64,000 bases of DNA. Source: Vitrella brassicaformis CCMP3155. Lineage: Eukaryota; Protista; Chromerida. Under the pieces are notes generated by a model. It did not search any database, was not told the origin of the DNA, and saw nothing but the letters and a program-made list of their open reading frames with translations. The stretch lies in contig CDMY01000290.1 in NCBI GenBank assembly GCA_001179505.1, positions 1-64,000 on the forward strand, in the 5' to 3' direction. Below, piece by piece: positions 61,601-64,000 of the stretch. Every line of letters starts with the position of its first letter. Positions within the stretch are counted from its first letter, which is position 1. A program made the translations under genes and the position numbers.

Positions 61601-64000
61601 AGGTGAGCATATGCACCTCCACAGCAGCCATGGGTGTCACACATTCATTTCCTTTCGAGTTGCCAGGTGTCTGTCCAAGTGGCGTGAGTGGGCTCTCCAT
61701 GACGCGGTGGATGAGGTGCAGCACGAGCGTCGTCTGGATCGCCAGTCTCACGGCGCCAGGAGGCTGACAAGGGCGATCATCGCATGGCAGAGCCAGGTCA
61801 GTCAACTGAAACAAGAGAGACTGCACACCACCTCCATTAACGGATGGCTCCATTAACAGGATGATGGTGCGTTTCTGCGACGGGTCGTAATGTCATGGCG
61901 GCAAGCGGCCCACCAGACGCGAGAGCAGAGGAGGGCGGTGCCTCGGCTGATCGACTGCCTCGAGAGGCGCCGCATCCGCAATATGCAGGAGACGATGACG
62001 TACTGGAAGGCAAGGGCCACGCGGGCCAACATGCGAGAGGCGAGACGAAAGTCCAGTGTCGCACTGGGCCTTTTGAGGTGCCAGAGCACCGTGACAGTCA
62101 ATCAGGCCGACCTGATGATGCTGAGAGTGGCTTTCGGAGCCTGGTCACAGCACCGAGATAGGCAGCGGGACCGCCGGAGACACGCTGCATACCTCTGCAT
62201 GGTCATGGGCGGCCTCATGTGCCGGCGGATGAAGCGAAGTGGGTTCGCGTCCCTCGCCCGCCGCCTGCACCATGGCCGCTCCGAACAAGTGGTGAGCGAG
62301 TCCGTCCACTCACATGTTTTCTTCATGTGTGTGTGTGGTCAGATGGACAGGTTGCGTGAGCATCGGAGGCACTCTGCTATCCATTCACTTACCAAGACAC
62401 TGGCCGTCTTGCCACCGGACCAGCTGCTCCCGAACTGCTTCAGAGGCTGGCTGTGGGTGGTCCAGCAGCAGAGGACGGAGGCCAGGGCTGTCACGAAGCT
62501 CACCAGGTGAAAGGGAAGAGTGCCTGGTCTCGTCATTTGGTATTTGCTTGCTGCACATATGCCTCTGGCTGAAGGGTGCTGCTGCACCGTGCATCGAGCG
62601 CCTTGAGCCAATTGCGACATCTAGCCAGGGCCGAGAGACAGCGGACGCACGCCATGCAGGAGGGCGCAGCTATGGCCCATCGGCGGTCGACACTTCGCCA
62701 GCTCACCATGTCGCTCGACGCATCAGCCATGCAAGTGAGGCAGCCCTAGTACATGCACAGATACATAAACGGATGGCCTTGAATTCAGGTTGACGATGAT
62801 TTGCGGAGGAGGGCACTCGGAGGCTGGAGACGCGCTGTGGCCCACCAGCGCAGGAAACACCGCGCTGCCACCGCCATGCTGAAAGGCATCCACCGAATCA
62901 CCCTTCGGCGGGCGGCAGCAGCACTCGGTGGTCTTCGCAGAGGCCTGGACCGCGGCGATTTCCACTTGCACTCGAGGGTGCTGCAGCAGTCCATGGGGTG
63001 CTTTGCCCTTTCATTTCTTACCACCGGCATCAGGAGACGGAGACTGGGGGCTGCATTCCAGCGGCTGGCAAGGTACGAATGTCACGTTGCTGGTGACTTC
63101 TCTGCTTGCCACTCCTCTCTGTCCATTCAGCCTGGAGCAGCTGGCGAGTGTCCAGACATCCCACTGCCAGCTGCTGGAGTCAACACACACGAACCGACGC
63201 CTGGTTGCCGCCTTCGACCGATTGAAAGGTCTCGTGTATCGACGACGCCAGAAGGCGGCCCGCAGGCGGCTCCATGACGCATTGGAAGCCACCCGCCTGC
63301 TCAAAATCGAGAGGCGAATGCTGACCAAGTGGCGGGCCGCCCTGAGCCGCCGTCGGTCTGTCGCCCGCGGGGTCAACCAGGTGGACAGGGCATTGAATCG
63401 GTGGATGCGCCGGCTGGCGCATGACGCCCTGCAAAGATGGTGCAAGGCGGCGGACAGGGGTCGGCAGACGCGTGAGTTGGGTGCCCGGCTGAGACATGAG
63501 AGGCGCATGGTGGTGGACAGGATGGCGGTGCGGCAGAGCGAGAGGGGCGTTTGGGTGTCGATGAGGTATGTGTTGGCGCTGTGGCGGCAGGTCACCAAGG
63601 TCAAGAAGGCCTCGCGAATCCTCAAGTACGCTCGACAGCCGGCTGCATGTAAGATGGCAGCCGTCGTTTGTTCTGTCGCTGGGTTGTGTGTAGGGTGACG
63701 AGTTTCTGTGTGGCCGTGTCGCGAAGCCGCCGGGAAGCACTCAGATCAGCATTCATGGTCGGTCAGAGAAACACACGAGACACACATGCATCCCTTCGTC
63801 CCTCCCTGCTTTGATGTCTTACATGTGTCGCGTTGTCGTCCAGCGTCTTCACATCTTTGCGTTGGAGGAGGTCATGGTCGAGGAGCGCCAGTCGTTCGAG
63901 ACACACCTGGCCAGGACACACACACTCGAGTGCAGCACCCTAGCGTACGTGCAGGAGTGTCTCAGCTGCCTCACGCAAACACTGCAGCAGGCCCAGCAGC
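55666..64000 (+). CDS. Large coiled-coil protein with Sfi1-like Trp repeats (putative centrin-binding/centrosomal), runs off the window end
   Basis: N-terminal coiled coil, then many L/A-x3-F/W-x2-W-R/K units over many short exons, e.g. LAMAFQAWRAY, LRRAFNAWRRW, LRVAFGAWSQH, LRQICLSWRKS. Confidence 0.65.

Noticed and set aside
1-64000. CRISPR-like array, rRNA or tRNA genes
   Set aside because: The repeats are coding modules or intronic (CA/GT/GA)n microsatellites. I saw no repeat-spacer periodicity and no recognisable structural RNA.

Overview
Intron-rich, GC-rich eukaryotic DNA with short (about 55-110 nt) GT/CA-rich introns. ApiAP2 domains, an HPR-like protein and bipartite plastid-type leaders point to a chromerid/apicomplexan-related alveolate, most likely Vitrella-like (inference). 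The dominant feature is a minus-strand family of modular multi-AP2 genes at about 0.3-7.2 kb and 24.8-42.7 kb. I count 18 canonical ApiAP2 domains, several degenerate AP2-like modules, a repeated SANT/Myb-like module, a PHD finger, an AT-hook, tandem SAM-like domains and, in one paralog, captured p47-type SHP+UBX exons. One paralog (33.5-40.0 kb plus 24.8-26.4 kb) splices open throughout its sequenced part. The other two carry frameshifts or stops. Contig-end overlaps suggest two contigs in the array are scaffolded in the wrong order. Ordinary genes in and around the array: DDHD phospholipase A1, CHR chromate transporter, plastid-type NAD(P)-binding Rossmann protein, DHYC-type palmitoyltransferase, HPR-like protein, a degenerate acyl-AMP-ligase-like protein head-to-head with an egghead/bre-3-like mannosyltransferase, RFC2, and a partial Sfi1-like repeat protein. 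There are five 300-N gaps. I found no rRNA, tRNA, CRISPR array or recognisable transposase. All domain calls are by-eye motif recognition; no searches were run.
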